Assembly: GCF_000315625.1 (NCBI RefSeq) | Contig: NW_005434639.1 | Location: 257,511-321,510 of the forward strand | Length of the DNA: 64,000 nt | Direction: 5' to 3' | DNA from: Guillardia theta CCMP2712 | Lineage: Eukaryota; Protista; Cryptophyta | Shown here: positions 36,453-48,800 of the stretch, one piece after another | Numbering within the stretch: the stretch's first letter is position 1 | How the letters are laid out: the number at the start of each line of letters is the position of its first letter | The notes under the pieces: model-generated | The model's database searches: none | Told to the model about the DNA's origin: nothing | Seen by the model: only the letters and a program-made list of their open reading frames with translations | Made by a program: the position numbers and the translations under genes

Positions 36453-38467
36453 ATGAGATCCAGGGCCTTGTCGGACGTTTCTGAGACTCAGCCGTTGATT
36501 CAGAACAGGTGAGGTGGAACTAAACTGATCTGTGCTGATTCTCACTCTCCTTGCCGCTTTACCCTATCAAGGAAAGAGGCACAGTCAGTGCAGTCACGAC
36601 TCAAGCCGTATGTCCCTGTTAAACTCAGCTTTGCTCCTCGACCCTCTGGTTTGCACAAGAGTCAGAGCCAAATCTTTCAGGTCCCAGACTTGGATGATGA
36701 TGAACTCGAGCAACGCAACGGCGCAAGAGGAATTTTGACTCACAGCGTCTCAGTTCCGTCACTCATGAAAAAGTCCCAGTCAACCCTGGGCTTTGCATAC
36801 GAACATGCAGCAAGCTCCAATGATTTTTCAAAAGACTTGAGGAGAAGGTTATTCAGACAATCGGTAGAAACCTCCTCGATCCAAGTCAAGATATCCAAGA
36901 TCATTGCCTCGGAAGGGAGAAGTACAGAAAAAAATGAAACTGACAGGTACTGGGAATTCTGTGAAAGCTGTCCGATCATGATGTTGGATGTAGGACTCCT
37001 GAGCTTTCTAGAGTACAATGGAAGAGTAAGAAGATCGTGGAGCTGAACAAGTTGATCTCCTCCTGGAATGAGGTCGGGGGTTTCCCCAAAGAGAAAGAAA
37101 GAGAGAAGAGGGCGCAAACGCCGTCGATCGGACCAACAAGAACTTCTTCGATAGCTTCTGTGACCTCAACTACTTCACGAGCTCGAAGTCCATTGTCAAA
37201 GGACCGGCTTCCGAACACGATGTGGGACCAAGACCGATTGATTCCAGTCATCACCGGCAGACTTTCTCTCTGTCGGACATCAGCACATCATGAGGATTTG
37301 GCAGAAGAAAGTTATGGGACGGCGATCAGGATCATTCGAGACTTGCTTGACGATGAAGTCTGTTGTGTTGGTTTATGTCCTGCGCTTCTCACACCTCATT
37401 GCTCAGATTCTTGTCAACGATTTGAGCCCTCTAAGCGTCATTGCCTTTTGCAAGGCTCTCCGTAAGCACGAGGTTCATTACTGGACGGATCATCTGGTGC
37501 TGCTGGGCGGTGAAACCGTAAGAAGCATCATGATGCTCTGATGCTTGGAGCAGCACAACATTGACATGAAGGCAGGAGCTAGACTTCACCCGTTCTGCCG
37601 TTCTGCTTGCTGTCTACCTAGTGCTTCTGCGTGGATATTCCGTGGAGAATGCGTGCGAACCCTTCCTGCAGCCAAGAGTTTGTCATTTCAAGAAAGTCTA
37701 CGACAGGAATGGTGAATGGTTGGAATGCTACAACATCAAGAACGTTGTTTCCTCTCTCTGTAAGGCTCATCAGGTCGATGGATCTTCCCTTGTTCATCTC
37801 AAAGTGACATGTTGCGCAGAGGGAGTTCTTTACTTTAGAAGGCAGCCCGCAGTGGCTGATAGTCGGAGCTGATATTGAGAGTAGTTTTGAGCTCCTGCAA
37901 GCATGCCCGAAGATCTACCTGTTCCGTGTCAAGGATTCTCAGCTCCTCGACCTGGCTGAGGTCAAGGAGCATTTCAAGAACCTGCAGGTGGGTTCCAGAG
38001 GAGGCAGCAGCGCGTTTGACTTACATCGCTACAACCAGGTGGGAGAAATTATCAGAATCAAGGAAATGAGCATCCAAAGCAAGGACGACAAGTTTCCCTG
38101 GCACGATCACTTGCCACATGTGAGGGTTCAAGATGTTGCTTGGAGCGACAAGATTGAGTTGCAGTACATCTTCAAGGATGCTCACTTGAGTACGACGAGC
38201 CAGGTTCTGCAGATTGAAAGCAGACGCTCCAAGGAGACGTGCGCTATCGGATATGTCTTGATCACGGATCATGGTTTCAGTGTTGAAGAAGTTGTTTGCT
38301 GGCTCTACAACACCCGGCCATCTTCGGTGACATGCTTGTTCCTTCTTCTCGTCGGGTTCTCACACCCTCAATAGGTTGCAAAAAGTGACATCCTCTTCTT
38401 GGAATCCGTATTCTTCAAACACAAGCTTGAGCAGGAAAACATGACGAATTTACAGCAAAATAAATAA
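36453..38467 (+). CDS. CDC14-like dual-specificity phosphatase homolog, probably catalytically dead
   Basis: N-domain SAVLLAVYLVLLRGYSVENACEPF..YNIKNVVSSLCKA; C-domain VGEIIRI..CAIGYVLITDHGFSVEEVVCWLYNTRPSSV. No HCx5R motif (LQIESRRSK occupies its position). Confidence 0.6.
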
Positions 38468-38553
38468 TTGCACAGTCGAAGACCTACATTAGCAGCGAAT
38501 TTGAGGTTACAGAAAGAATGTATATACACATGAATCTACATGAAGTTCTGTTC

Positions 38554-41026
38554 TTATCCCTCTGCCTGCAATCGATTCATTTCTTTGCTGAGCGTACAAA
38601 TCCACAACGTGATGTAGACCCACTCGTATAGAAACACCTACCCCAAACCATCACCATCACTCAAGCTTCTCTCATCGAGTTACCGTCGGAAATCCTTCCC
38701 GGAGCAGGGCGGAGTGACGAATGGAAGTGAATTGACGGAGAGTGAGGTCATATCTCCTGTCAAAAGACTCCTCATGCGTCTTGGTTGGATCAAAGCTCTC
38801 TATCAAGACCTAGAGCTCAGGCATCAAAGAAGCGATGAATATTCTAGGAGCGGATTTACGGATAGCTTGTCTCGTGAATGTCTTTCATCGATGAGGATTC
38901 CTCGGATGTAGGACCAGGTCTCCATGGGCTCAGCCTCGAGCTTCTCAGGCTGTTCTTCGAATTGTTTCAGCAGGATGAGAACTGCTTTCCAAACCTGCAG
39001 GGAGGTATCAGGTGTCAGATGCCTCTGTTATCAATAGGATGCACCTTGATAGTCTCTGGGGGAGGGCTGGGAATGTGCACGCAAGACCGCAATCGACGCT
39101 TGTTGTATTGATGGTTGAAAGTTTCATCCTCCATGGCGCGCTTGAGTTGTACGAGGTCCTCAACCTTGGCTGAATACAACTCTGAGACTGTGTTCACCTG
39201 TAGCTCCATGAGAAAAAGCTACAGAGAGCAGATCTAACTGAGGAAAAGTCAAACATTACAAAGTATCTCCTTCGAAGGATTTCTTCTTTGAAATAGCCGA
39301 ACATCTGCACAAAAAGTCAACATGCAAAGCAGCAAGAGCTGGATAGCCTCACATTCTGCCCTCTTTCTGCCAAAGAAGAAATCAATGGAGCATCCAATTC
39401 CTCGAAGATGATCTAGCACTTGAGTTCAGCTCTCTTTCCGGCAGATGTCAACTGAATCCTGTCCCTCACCTCGTCATAATCCGCAAGTGTTTCAACAGGC
39501 ACTCCTTTCGTTACTTCCAACATTCTCTTCGCGTAGTGCACAGGACCATGACAGCTCTCAAGGTCATACCCTAGCCCTTCATGCATTGCATACGCTTTTC
39601 CAAGAAATTTCGCTATCGATCTTAGAAAGTCGATTTTCCATTTCACATTCAAGTCTGGCACCGGTGAGTCGATTTGTAGAGAATCCACAGCGACGAATGC
39701 GCAGAGCGTTCCTTGCTGGTTGAAGACTGGCACTGCAATGTATGTGCAGCTCCTCTTGTCTCCGTCCTCCTCCGTCTTGTTGAAGCGATGCAGCTGACTG
39801 GATGACTCGGGGCCGAAGATAACCAGCGGTTTGCTCTTCTTCTCGTTCACAAAGTGAGAATATGTGATCGAGCTCCTTGGCAGCATCTCACCGACGAGAA
39901 AGCTGTTTGCACTCGATGCGGCTACATACAAGAACTTCTCCTCACTTGCCCTGTCCAGCCTTCTTTCACTCTTTCCCAACTTCAGTTTCTCATTGAGGAC
40001 AGGCGTCTGATGCATTCGCTCAGCCAGGTAGGCACATTTGATTTGCAAGACGCAGGCAATCATCTCAGGAACGAGCTGCAGGATCTTCTGCAAGTGAGAG
40101 TCATCGAGTTGATCTTGCCCCTCAATCTCCGAGATGTTTGCAAACCTTGAGAACTGAAGCATCAGGTGCGCGTGAACCAACGCCTCGTGCGAAGCTTGGT
40201 ATGCTGCATTCTCAGCGTCTTCAAGATGCAAACTTTGCTTGCCATCATCATTTATGCCCAATTTGATCTGAGCGATGGCATGCTCTGCAGCATCATGCCA
40301 GTCAAGCACCAAACTTCTCTCAGCTTCAAGCGATTTGTCCATGGCATGAAGCTTGGACTTGAAAGCAAGCTCGCCGAAGTTCATCTTTTCGAGTTTATTG
40401 CCTGTCTCCTTGAGGGTCTTGGCAAGTCTTTCGTTGCTTTGGATAATGAGTCTGCTCTCCGTGTCCTGCGACTTCACTTGGATCCTGAGGTCCTCAAGCT
40501 CCGTCTGCAGGGCCTTGTTCAAGTTCCTCTCCTTGTCGAGGTCCTCTCTTGCTATCTTGAGGTTCTCGCTGGTGATTTCAAGCTCTTCTTCCAGCCTCTC
40601 AATCTTTTCGTTGAGCTCGACTGTGTTTCCGTCCATCATCTCTATAGTCTCTTGCGCTGTACTCAACTCTGCCAACTGCATCTCCAGCTTGTCGTGCAGG
40701 CACAGTCGCAGCATCTCCTGCACGATGAGGAAGAGAGGATAGGCATCGGTCTTAGCTCGCGGTTGAACGTGCGATATCCACTCGAAGAACAACTTGGCGT
40801 CCTCTTTCTTCTTCTCCCAGGCTTCTCGCAGGCCGTTGAGCGATTCTTCGTGCTCTTGCGCATTGAGGAAATCGCAGTAGTAGAAGCGCAAGTAGTCTGC
40901 AGGGCCCTCCTGGTTCTGCTGATCTTTGGGGAGGGAGACATCGAAGTGTTTCATGCGGAGGGGAAGAGAGGGAGGACATCCGCTCTCCTCCTCCCCCTCC
41001 TCCTCCGGCATGAAGTAGCGCCGCAT
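38554..41026 (-). CDS. Coiled-coil + GAF-like domain protein (EFCAB5-like C-terminal organisation)
   Basis: Long heptad region; FLYVAASS..FLVG..TYIAVPVFNQQGTLCAFVAVDSL..IDFLRSIAKFLGKAY is GAF-like; 3' exons read SPPPETIKVWKAVLILL...W and FLYEWV. Confidence 0.6.
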
Positions 41027-41199
41027 GCCGGGCTCACTCTGCCTGGCAGACCTGGTTGAGGATGTTAATGCTAAAACAACAAAAATAAGATTAATTTATG
41101 TATTTGGGCTTATTATTGGGAAATAATCTTAAAGTCATATCTAATGGTAAAATCTGTTTTTAATGTTATTTTTGTTTTAATATTAATAAACATCTGCTG

Positions 41200-41640
41200 A
41201 CCCCACCTCTCCTTCCCGGCTCTTGTCCTTCAACGGAATTTTCACCCCTGCTTTTCCCTTTTATCTCAGTACAAAAGTACCTACCCTTGGATATCAGATT
41301 CTCAGGGCTTTACCCTCTACCCCTACAACTGTCACAACCCTACCCCCCTTCGGCACCTCCTCGTTGCCCGTGGATTCCTACCCCATGCACGAACTACTAC
41401 CCCTTGACCTGTCCACCGGTGCAAACATCCCCACCCTTTGATGCAACTATCACTCTTTAAGTACCCCTACCTATTCACCTACAGAAAAATTGTCGTATAG
41501 ACCCCCTACGAAGAGTTTTTCCTGACCACCCCTACCTATCTTCTCAACACCACAACAATCCACACCCCGGGATGAAAGTACCCCTACCCTTTTCCTCCAT
41601 AAAACCACCGACCCCTGCTACTCCCTGTACAAAAAAATGG
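41200..41640. promoter_or_regulatory. TACCCC/ACCCCT-rich divergent intergenic region (candidate promoter)
   Basis: More than 10 copies of (C)TACCCC(T)-like words between two divergent gene starts; the same motif appears before most genes in the window. Confidence 0.4.
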
Positions 41641-41957
41641 TTGCCCATCGCGGCATGTGCGCGCTCTTTTCCCCTGTTTAAGAGCCTCCTCCTCCTCCTC
41701 CTCCTTTCACTTCTCTCCCCTGCATCCTATCCATCTCCTTCTTTTCCCCATTCCCCGATCCCTTTCCTCATCTTCTCTTTATATTCGTCATTATTGAATC
41801 ATCCACGGGCACAACTTTGTTCGTGTGTAGCTTGCTGGCTTCAACTCATCCGATTCTCTAATCAGAGTCGGGTGTAATTCTCCAGCACAGTAGACACTTT
41901 CTGCGGTGAAGGTCCAAAAGCTCCTTAAGATCGTTCTTCCCTGCTTACATCTGGAAA

Positions 41958-42452
41958 ATGCCGCACCCAATTGCAGAAACTGGGACTTGCAGGAATTGTG
42001 GGAAACGTGCTTTGTTGTATCTCTGTCTTGGGGGGAAAGGTTGTGAAACACAGCTTTGTAGAATTTGCTTGGATGCAGGCTTTGGCTCTTTGGCGCAAAT
42101 CAATGCCAATCAGGTTCCTACCGGGAGCAAGACTACGTCGTTCCTCCACGAACCAGAGAACTTTCACCCGATGCTGGCGGATGAGATTGCTTGTGGGGAG
42201 GCACTCCAGATGATCCCGCTGGAGATGTTAAAGAATGGAGTTCCTCTCAGTCTCAATGGGAACCGATTGACCTCTGCGATGCTGAAATGCGAAGGACAAG
42301 AGCAGATCTGTCGAAAGAGAAGTGCAGCTGTCTGCGATGGGTATGTACAGTTTGGGATCCCTCTCTCTTCTCAGTCTCACATGCTGGATGCAACATCGTT
42401 TCAAGTTAGCAAGAAGCAGAGACTTTACTCGCAGTTTGCAGACATGCATTGA
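41958..42452 (+). CDS. Small hypothetical protein with N-terminal Cys cluster (putative Zn finger)
   Basis: CRNC-x8-C-x5-C-x4-CRIC in a 164-aa intronless ORF downstream of a promoter-like TACCCC cluster. Confidence 0.45.
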   Translation: MPHPIAETGTCRNCGKRALLYLCLGGKGCETQLCRICLDAGFGSLAQINANQVPTGSKTTSFLHEPENFHPMLADEIACGEALQMIPLEMLKNGVPLSLNGNRLTSAMLKCEGQEQICRKRSAAVCDGYVQFGIPLSSQSHMLDATSFQVSKKQRLYSQFADMH

Positions 42453-43075
42453 AGCTGATGCCAGTCTTTTATCCTTTCTATATTTTTTTGTACTGTGGGT
42501 TTCCTGTGATCCATGGATCTTCCGAGGTGTAATGGAAAGTAGTATTGTTTGTTACATTTCTTGATGTTGGAAAGTCGTTCTTTTTGTTGCCTGCTTGCAT
42601 ACATGTTCCATGTTTGTTCGCCAGCCCGTGTACCCCTACCAACATCACACAGGATTCTGGAAATAAAATACTTCAGAAGACCTCAAGGAAACCTGAATGT
42701 CCTTCTCAACATCATCTGCATCTCCACCATCATTCATCACTATCACCTCCGTCATCTACATAGTCCATGATATCATTATCTAGATCATTGTCATCTTAAT
42801 ATTCATGCTATCATCCGCTCATCATCATGATGATAGTCGTCTGTATCATCTCTATCTCCCCCATGATCACCATCACCTTCTTCGTTATCATCATCTCAAT
42901 CATCATCACCATCTCAATCATCATCTTCTCGATCTGCTTGCATATTGTTTTGGCCCCGATTGCTTGCCCACCCTACCCCTAATATCGGAATACCCCCTAC
43001 CCACCTATTCTTTTCGTATACAGACAGAAGTAGGGGACATATCACCACCCCACCCTTGTGAATTGCCAATCCAGC

Positions 43076-43218
43076 ATGGCGAGGGCCTGTTTCATGGTAG
43101 CGGTGCTGCTCCTGGAAGTGATGGGAGGAGGAGAAGCAGAAGCACGGTTGGCATCAACCATAATGCAGACAGGAACAACTGCAGGAGCAGGAGCAGGAGC
43201 AGGAGGAGGAGGAGAAGG

Positions 43219-43259
<41 letters not shown>

Positions 43260-43748
43260 GAGCAGGAGCAGAAAGAGCAGGACGAGGCAGGCTTAGAATC
43301 TTGAGGATGAGGGGAGGATGTCCGAATGGTGTGATCCCTACTCAGCAGGAGGAGGAGGCAGCGAGTCCTCTGAGGGCAAAGGTCCTCGAGCTAGAGAAGG
43401 AACGGGACAGGATAGAGGAAGAGATCAAATCCCATGCGGACCTGATGGAGCAATTGGGTGCCCCGGCGCATGTGTCGGGAGAGTTCTGGGAGAGACACAC
43501 TCCCTTGATAGATGCAGAAGGGTATCCGCGGTCGGACATACCGATCATGGAGGTGAAGGAGAGTTGCATGCTGAACTTGCTCCTTATGGTGGTGCAGGTG
43601 ATGGAAGCGAGAGGCAAGATGGCGAAGTTGAAGCTAGATCACAAGGTATGCATACTCTATGCTGCTCTCCCTCGTCGACTCAGATGCATGCCTGCAGGAG
43701 ATCTGTGAAAAGCTCGAAAAAGCCCTGGAGGAATACATAGCATCATAG
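43076..43748 (+). CDS. Nas2/PSMD9 N-terminal-domain protein (proteasome base assembly chaperone-like, no PDZ) with signal peptide + Gly/Ala-rich presequence
   Basis: ELEKERDRIEEEIK..LEQLG..PLIDAEGYPRSDIPIMEV|MEARGKMAKLKLDHK|EICEKLEKALEEY matches Nas2_N; introns at about 43553-43597 and 43646-43697; TAG at 43746-43748. Confidence 0.8.
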
Positions 43749-43813
43749 GCGACAGCTGGCCTTCCATCTCCTGTGATGGTGCTAATGTTGATTCGTGTAT
43801 CTTATTCATTTTG

Positions 43814-46800
43814 CTACATAGTTGAGGCAATTGAAGGAAAAAATTTGTTCGAGCAGCGGTGCTCGATCAAATACCCTGGTCCTTTTTCCTCCCATTCCTG
43901 CATCGACAACCGAACAGTTAGAGGACGAGAACGAGAGAAGAAGGAGAGGTTGAAGAATCGTAGATGCACGAGTGGCATGCAGGTGAGGGTACGAGTCAAT
44001 AAGGAGAGAACCAGAGAGTGGAAGGAGAAGAGGGGAAGGGAGAGAGCAAAGAGAGGTGGAGAGGAGAGAGGAGAGTGGGGAAGGGAGAGAGGCAGTATGG
44101 AGGAGGAAAGAAGAGACGAGGAGAGATAGAGGGGAAACAAGGGTGAAAGGGAGGTCCACCTGCTTCGTCAAGCAGACAGACTCGAATTTCTCATGGGCTG
44201 CGAATTTGGACGCTCCTCTCCAAGTCTCAAGGATCGGATCGTGGGCCACCACCACCTGGCATCGGAGGTCAGCGACAGCAGGAGCGGGTAGGTGAACGCA
44301 TCACGTTCAAATTTGCCCCTGCAGGAAGCAGGCAACGGATCTCGTACTCGATCCTCTCCTTGAAACCCGGAAACAGCGACCCCCCTCCACAGATGTACAC
44401 GTTCTCCGCCATCCTCATCCTGTTGCTCGTCAACCTCCGCCTCCTCCCTCCCTCCTCCGCCTCCATCACACACCTCTGGTCCATGTTGTAGCGATTCAGC
44501 ACGTTGTTGATCAGCTCTGACATCGAGTGTTGCGTCAAAACCCCTGCCATCTCCACCTCCTCTTCTTACCAGCCATGCCACAGTGCTCCAGCCCGATGAT
44601 GGAGGGCTGGAAGAGAATCTCTGGGACTTGGATGAGCTCGGTGGAGAGAGCAAGCTGAAAGTCTCGCGCGGTTGGGATGTAGACGTTGGTGCTGGGCTCG
44701 TTCTCCTGGTGGAACTTTCCCGGTGTGATTGAGGAGCCAAAAGAGGGAGAAGCGAGGTGCGAGGAGGGAGAAAGTAAGAGGCAGGAAGGGGGGGGAGAAG
44801 GAGGAAAGAGGAGCGGGGAGGTGGGAGCGAGAGAGGGGGGAGGAAGTATTCTCTGTACCTGTGACACTGGGATATGGAGAGGATCGAGCTCTAAGATCTG
44901 CGCATCCAGCTCTGTGACAGAAGATTCAGAGGGTCGCCCGATCGTACAGATAGCAAGTACCGGCCAGAGTAGCATCAACCTCCTCCTCGCTGCTGTCAGA
45001 TACTGCTTCCCTTGAAATCTGGAGCAGAGGTATGAGAGATAGGAGCAGAAAGGTGTTGAAGCGATCGGGCACGGGAGTTGAGCAGAGCAGGGGAAGAAGG
45101 GAATAAAACGCAACCCGTTCACCTGTCTGTACACGTTCCAATCATCGTCATCATCTCCAAAGTCAGATCCGTCATCTGCGTACACACAGAGGCTGAGGGA
45201 ATTGGCCGCATGCTAGAACAGTCCTACCGGCGCATCCGTCTGCATTCTTCTTCTTTGCGTCTTCCGATCCCGCAAGGGTGGAGATAATCGCCTTCATCCT
45301 CTCGTTTGAGGCCTCTGACCTCCTGTCGTTCACCATGGCCTGCATCCAGGGTGTGAGGGAGGGAATGGGGAGAAGAGGAATATGGTAGGAGAAAAGTAGT
45401 GTTGTCCCGGCCGGGGGGCGGGGGGGGGGGGTGGCGGGGGCGAGATGGAACTGAAAACAGGCAGGAAGGGAAGGGAGAGGATCAGAGCAAGGGACACAGC
45501 AAGGACTGACACAGGAGGATGAGAAGAAGTGGACAAAACCATTTGTCACCTTCTTCTTCTGCCTCTGCTGATACTTTTGAAACAAGTTTGCGTGCTAGAT
45601 TGCCGTTCAAGTCATCATTCACCACCAGCCTTGAAGGCAGTTCTCACCCTCTGTTTCGCTCCAGTCAACCACTTCTGAGGATCGAGCTTGCGCTCCTCCT
45701 CCTCCTCCTGACGTTTCCTCTGCTTCTCTGCTCACTGGTTCATTAAAACAGCAAGCAGAAGTAGCAGAAGACCTTCAGCTTGCTCCGTCTTTCGTTTCTG
45801 TAGTACGGAGAGGCAAGAAGGGGAGAGGGAGGGAGAATCGCTCAGACGTTTTAACGGTACAGGAACCGTTTCTCACCTTCTCTGCCAGACGAGCTTGCTG
45901 CAGTCCAGCCATCATCTTCTGCTTCCTCTTCTTCTCTCTCTGAACGACCGTCAGCACGACAGACAGACAGCAGGAGCCGAGAGACGTCTTCGGCGCTCAA
46001 CTTGTCGTCCGGCACGTTGAGCAGAGGGAAGCTCTCCTGAGCAAGGATCGGGATTAGGAAGAAACAAGTCGATGTGCGCAGGCCTCACCTCCTTGTCCTC
46101 TTCCGGTTCAGCTTTCAGGAACTCTTCAACCACAGGATCGTCTGAGGCATCAAACTTCATCGACGCCGGAGCAGCTTCCCCGCCCTCTCTCGCCTCACCC
46201 GCAGGAACATCGAACCCCTTCGCCTTGTGCTTTGCTCGGATATCGTTCAGCTGCCTTGACAGATTCCTGCCTCCTCATTCACTATCCTCTCCTCCTCCCC
46301 CGTTCACGAGCTTCACCCCAAGAACTTGGAGACGGAGGCAGGTTTTGTCGGCTCCGAGATGCCGAAGGCTGCGATCTTCTCGCCCACTTCATCGATCTAG
46401 TCAGGAAGCCAAATGACGGAAGCGAGAGGAGAGAGGGAAGGGACAAACATTGAGAGGGAAAGGAGGAGAGAATGGAAAGAGAATCAAGAGAGGAGGATAG
46501 GCCGGAAGCAAAGGGACACGGAGGGGAAGAACAAATAATCAGGAGGTCAGAGGAGGTGATGAAGATGATGCGGCAAAGAATCAGGTGGGGCAGGGACGGT
46601 CAATCACCGGCTGCAAGTTCTTTCCCCTTAAGTCCTTTCATCTGGTTCTTCACCGCAAAATTAGCCATCATCATCACAGTATCCAACTAAGAATCCTCTC
46701 GAAACCGTATCCTCCTGTTCTCAAACCTATATCCTTCCTACGAAACCTCCCGCCCCACACCCACCCTTACTCCTCCTCCTCCTCCTTATCATCATCATCT

Positions 46801-48800
46801 CCGCAATGACAACATGAACAACCTGGAGATCCAAGAGAGCCTTGATATTCTGGGCAAGCTGGAGGATTGTTTCTCAGCTGTCAGCTCATCGTATCATCTT
46901 CCTCTCACCACGCGCAGCTTCTCCTGCCTCTTCTGTGAAGCCATCTCCCGCAATCTCTTGGCCTGCTCCTCTCGCTGCCATGAGAGCATCAGAAGAAACA
47001 TCAATGAGAGGTGGAATGCTCCTCGACCTGTCGCTTCCTCCGCTGAATCTCCTCTTCAGTCTGCACCGGAACTTCCTGCATTCTACTTTCACCTTCAAGT
47101 AAACTTGGACGAGGGGCGGGGAGGGCGGGGGCATTGGGGAAGAGCTGAGGGAGGGACGGAGAAGGATGAGGAGGGAAAGGGTTGGATAGCCAAGCAAACG
47201 ACAAGGAAAGGGAGGAGCAGGAATAGAATCGTGAGGGGCAGGAGAAGCAGGACACGACCTTCTCAGTGTAGGGCAGCTGAAACCTAACAATTCTGCGAGG
47301 AGACGAGTGAGCCAACATACAAATTTTCAACCCTCATCGACTTCTTCTGCAGGCTCTCGAGAGACTCGTATTCCCGCAACTTCTCCATATAATCCTCCTG
47401 CAGTCTCAGTCAAACTCGGACGTTGGGGACAGAAGGACGAGATGGTGACCTGGGCGACGAAGCAAAACTTCTCCTTGATCAACTGGACGCGGTGGGCAGT
47501 GATTGCAGGTTTGTGCTGTGGATGTCTGAGGAGGAGGAGCTGCTGGAGAGTGTTGGAGCAGGAGAAGCCTCCCAACGCCATCCTGTACGATGACTGATGG
47601 ATAACAAGCAAAGATCAGGCACAAGGAAAAGCGACAAAGAGGAGCAAAGGGTAAGAAAAGGAGGTCAAACGTTCAGTCACCTTGAATCCTACTGCCCCGT
47701 CATAGATCGGGATGACGTTGGAACTTGAGTGCCCAACGCGAATTATGAGCCCATGAGACGCTTTCCCGCCCCACTAGAGGAAACAATCGATCAGGAGTTT
47801 GAGTCCCGGCATGAGAAAATGCTCACAGTCTCCTGGGGAGTGTAGGAAGCTGGGGAGTTGAGCATCGAGTCGTAGGCAAACAGCGCGTCTACACCGTAGG
47901 CGACCTGATCAACTGGTGAGCAAGTGACAGCAGATGCACACGATAAACTCGTCATATCACCTTCGGTGCTCCGTAGCACTCAAAGAGAATCTCGGAGAAT
48001 CTCGAGCGGCAGTAGTTGGGATTGCACAGTGCTGTGGGATGGGTTCAAACAGGGGGGAACTTGAACAAGTTTGGATAGCGAAGAAGAAGAAGGAAAAGAC
48101 GAGAGGAGAAGAAAGAAAACGAGATGTAGGAGACGAGATCTAAGGACGAGACGGAAGGAGAGAAGCAGAGAAGATGAAACAGAAAGGACCTTCGGTGACA
48201 AGAACTGGATGGTAGAGCTTCTCCGTGTGGATCCCCATCCTGTACAGCGTGTAGTCCAAGATTGTTTCCATGCTCTCGAAGTGCTGAACAACATCCTGCA
48301 AAAACTTTCAACATTCGGATTCGCGAGAAATTCTGCCGCCTCTACCTTCTCAAACGGCGACCTCACCATCGTCTTTGAGATGTCCCTACACAAGAGCTGG
48401 TCGCCTGGCGTCCACGTTTAGTCAGGATGCTGCGCACTCTCGAAGGATCACGAGAGCGCACCTGCTAGTGTGACGAGGTCCCCCTTCCCATCCTTCGCCT
48501 TCCCTACGAGTGAACGGAGCACAACGCAGGGGTCCTTTTCGCCCGCCCAGCCGGCTCTGCTCCTCGCATCATTCTGCAAGGGGAGGGGGGAGGGTATACA
48601 AACAAGGAAAACGGACCTGGTTGAGTGGGATCCTACATCGATCACAAGAGGCTTGGAGGGAGGCCATTTGCTCCCATCATACTCTAGAGGACGAGGCTCG
48701 GGCAGGCTGAGCGATGGTGAGGACTGAGAACTAAAGGTCAGGAACTTACTTTGATGTTGAAGGTTCCGGCGGGAACTCAATCACATCCTCATCATCCTGC
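43814..48800 (-). CDS. ARP5: Actin-related protein 5 (INO80 complex); further 5' exons probably extend to ~49250
   Basis: [70 protein letters not shown], coiled insert, [57 protein letters not shown]. Confidence 0.9.

Noticed and set aside
41900-42030. RWP-RK-like start (LKIVLPCLHL..)
   Set aside because: No RWP motif follows and the frame closes early.
42700-42930. His-rich ORF (42805-43296)
   Set aside because: Derives from degenerate CAT repeats in intergenic DNA and an alternative frame of the Nas2 leader.
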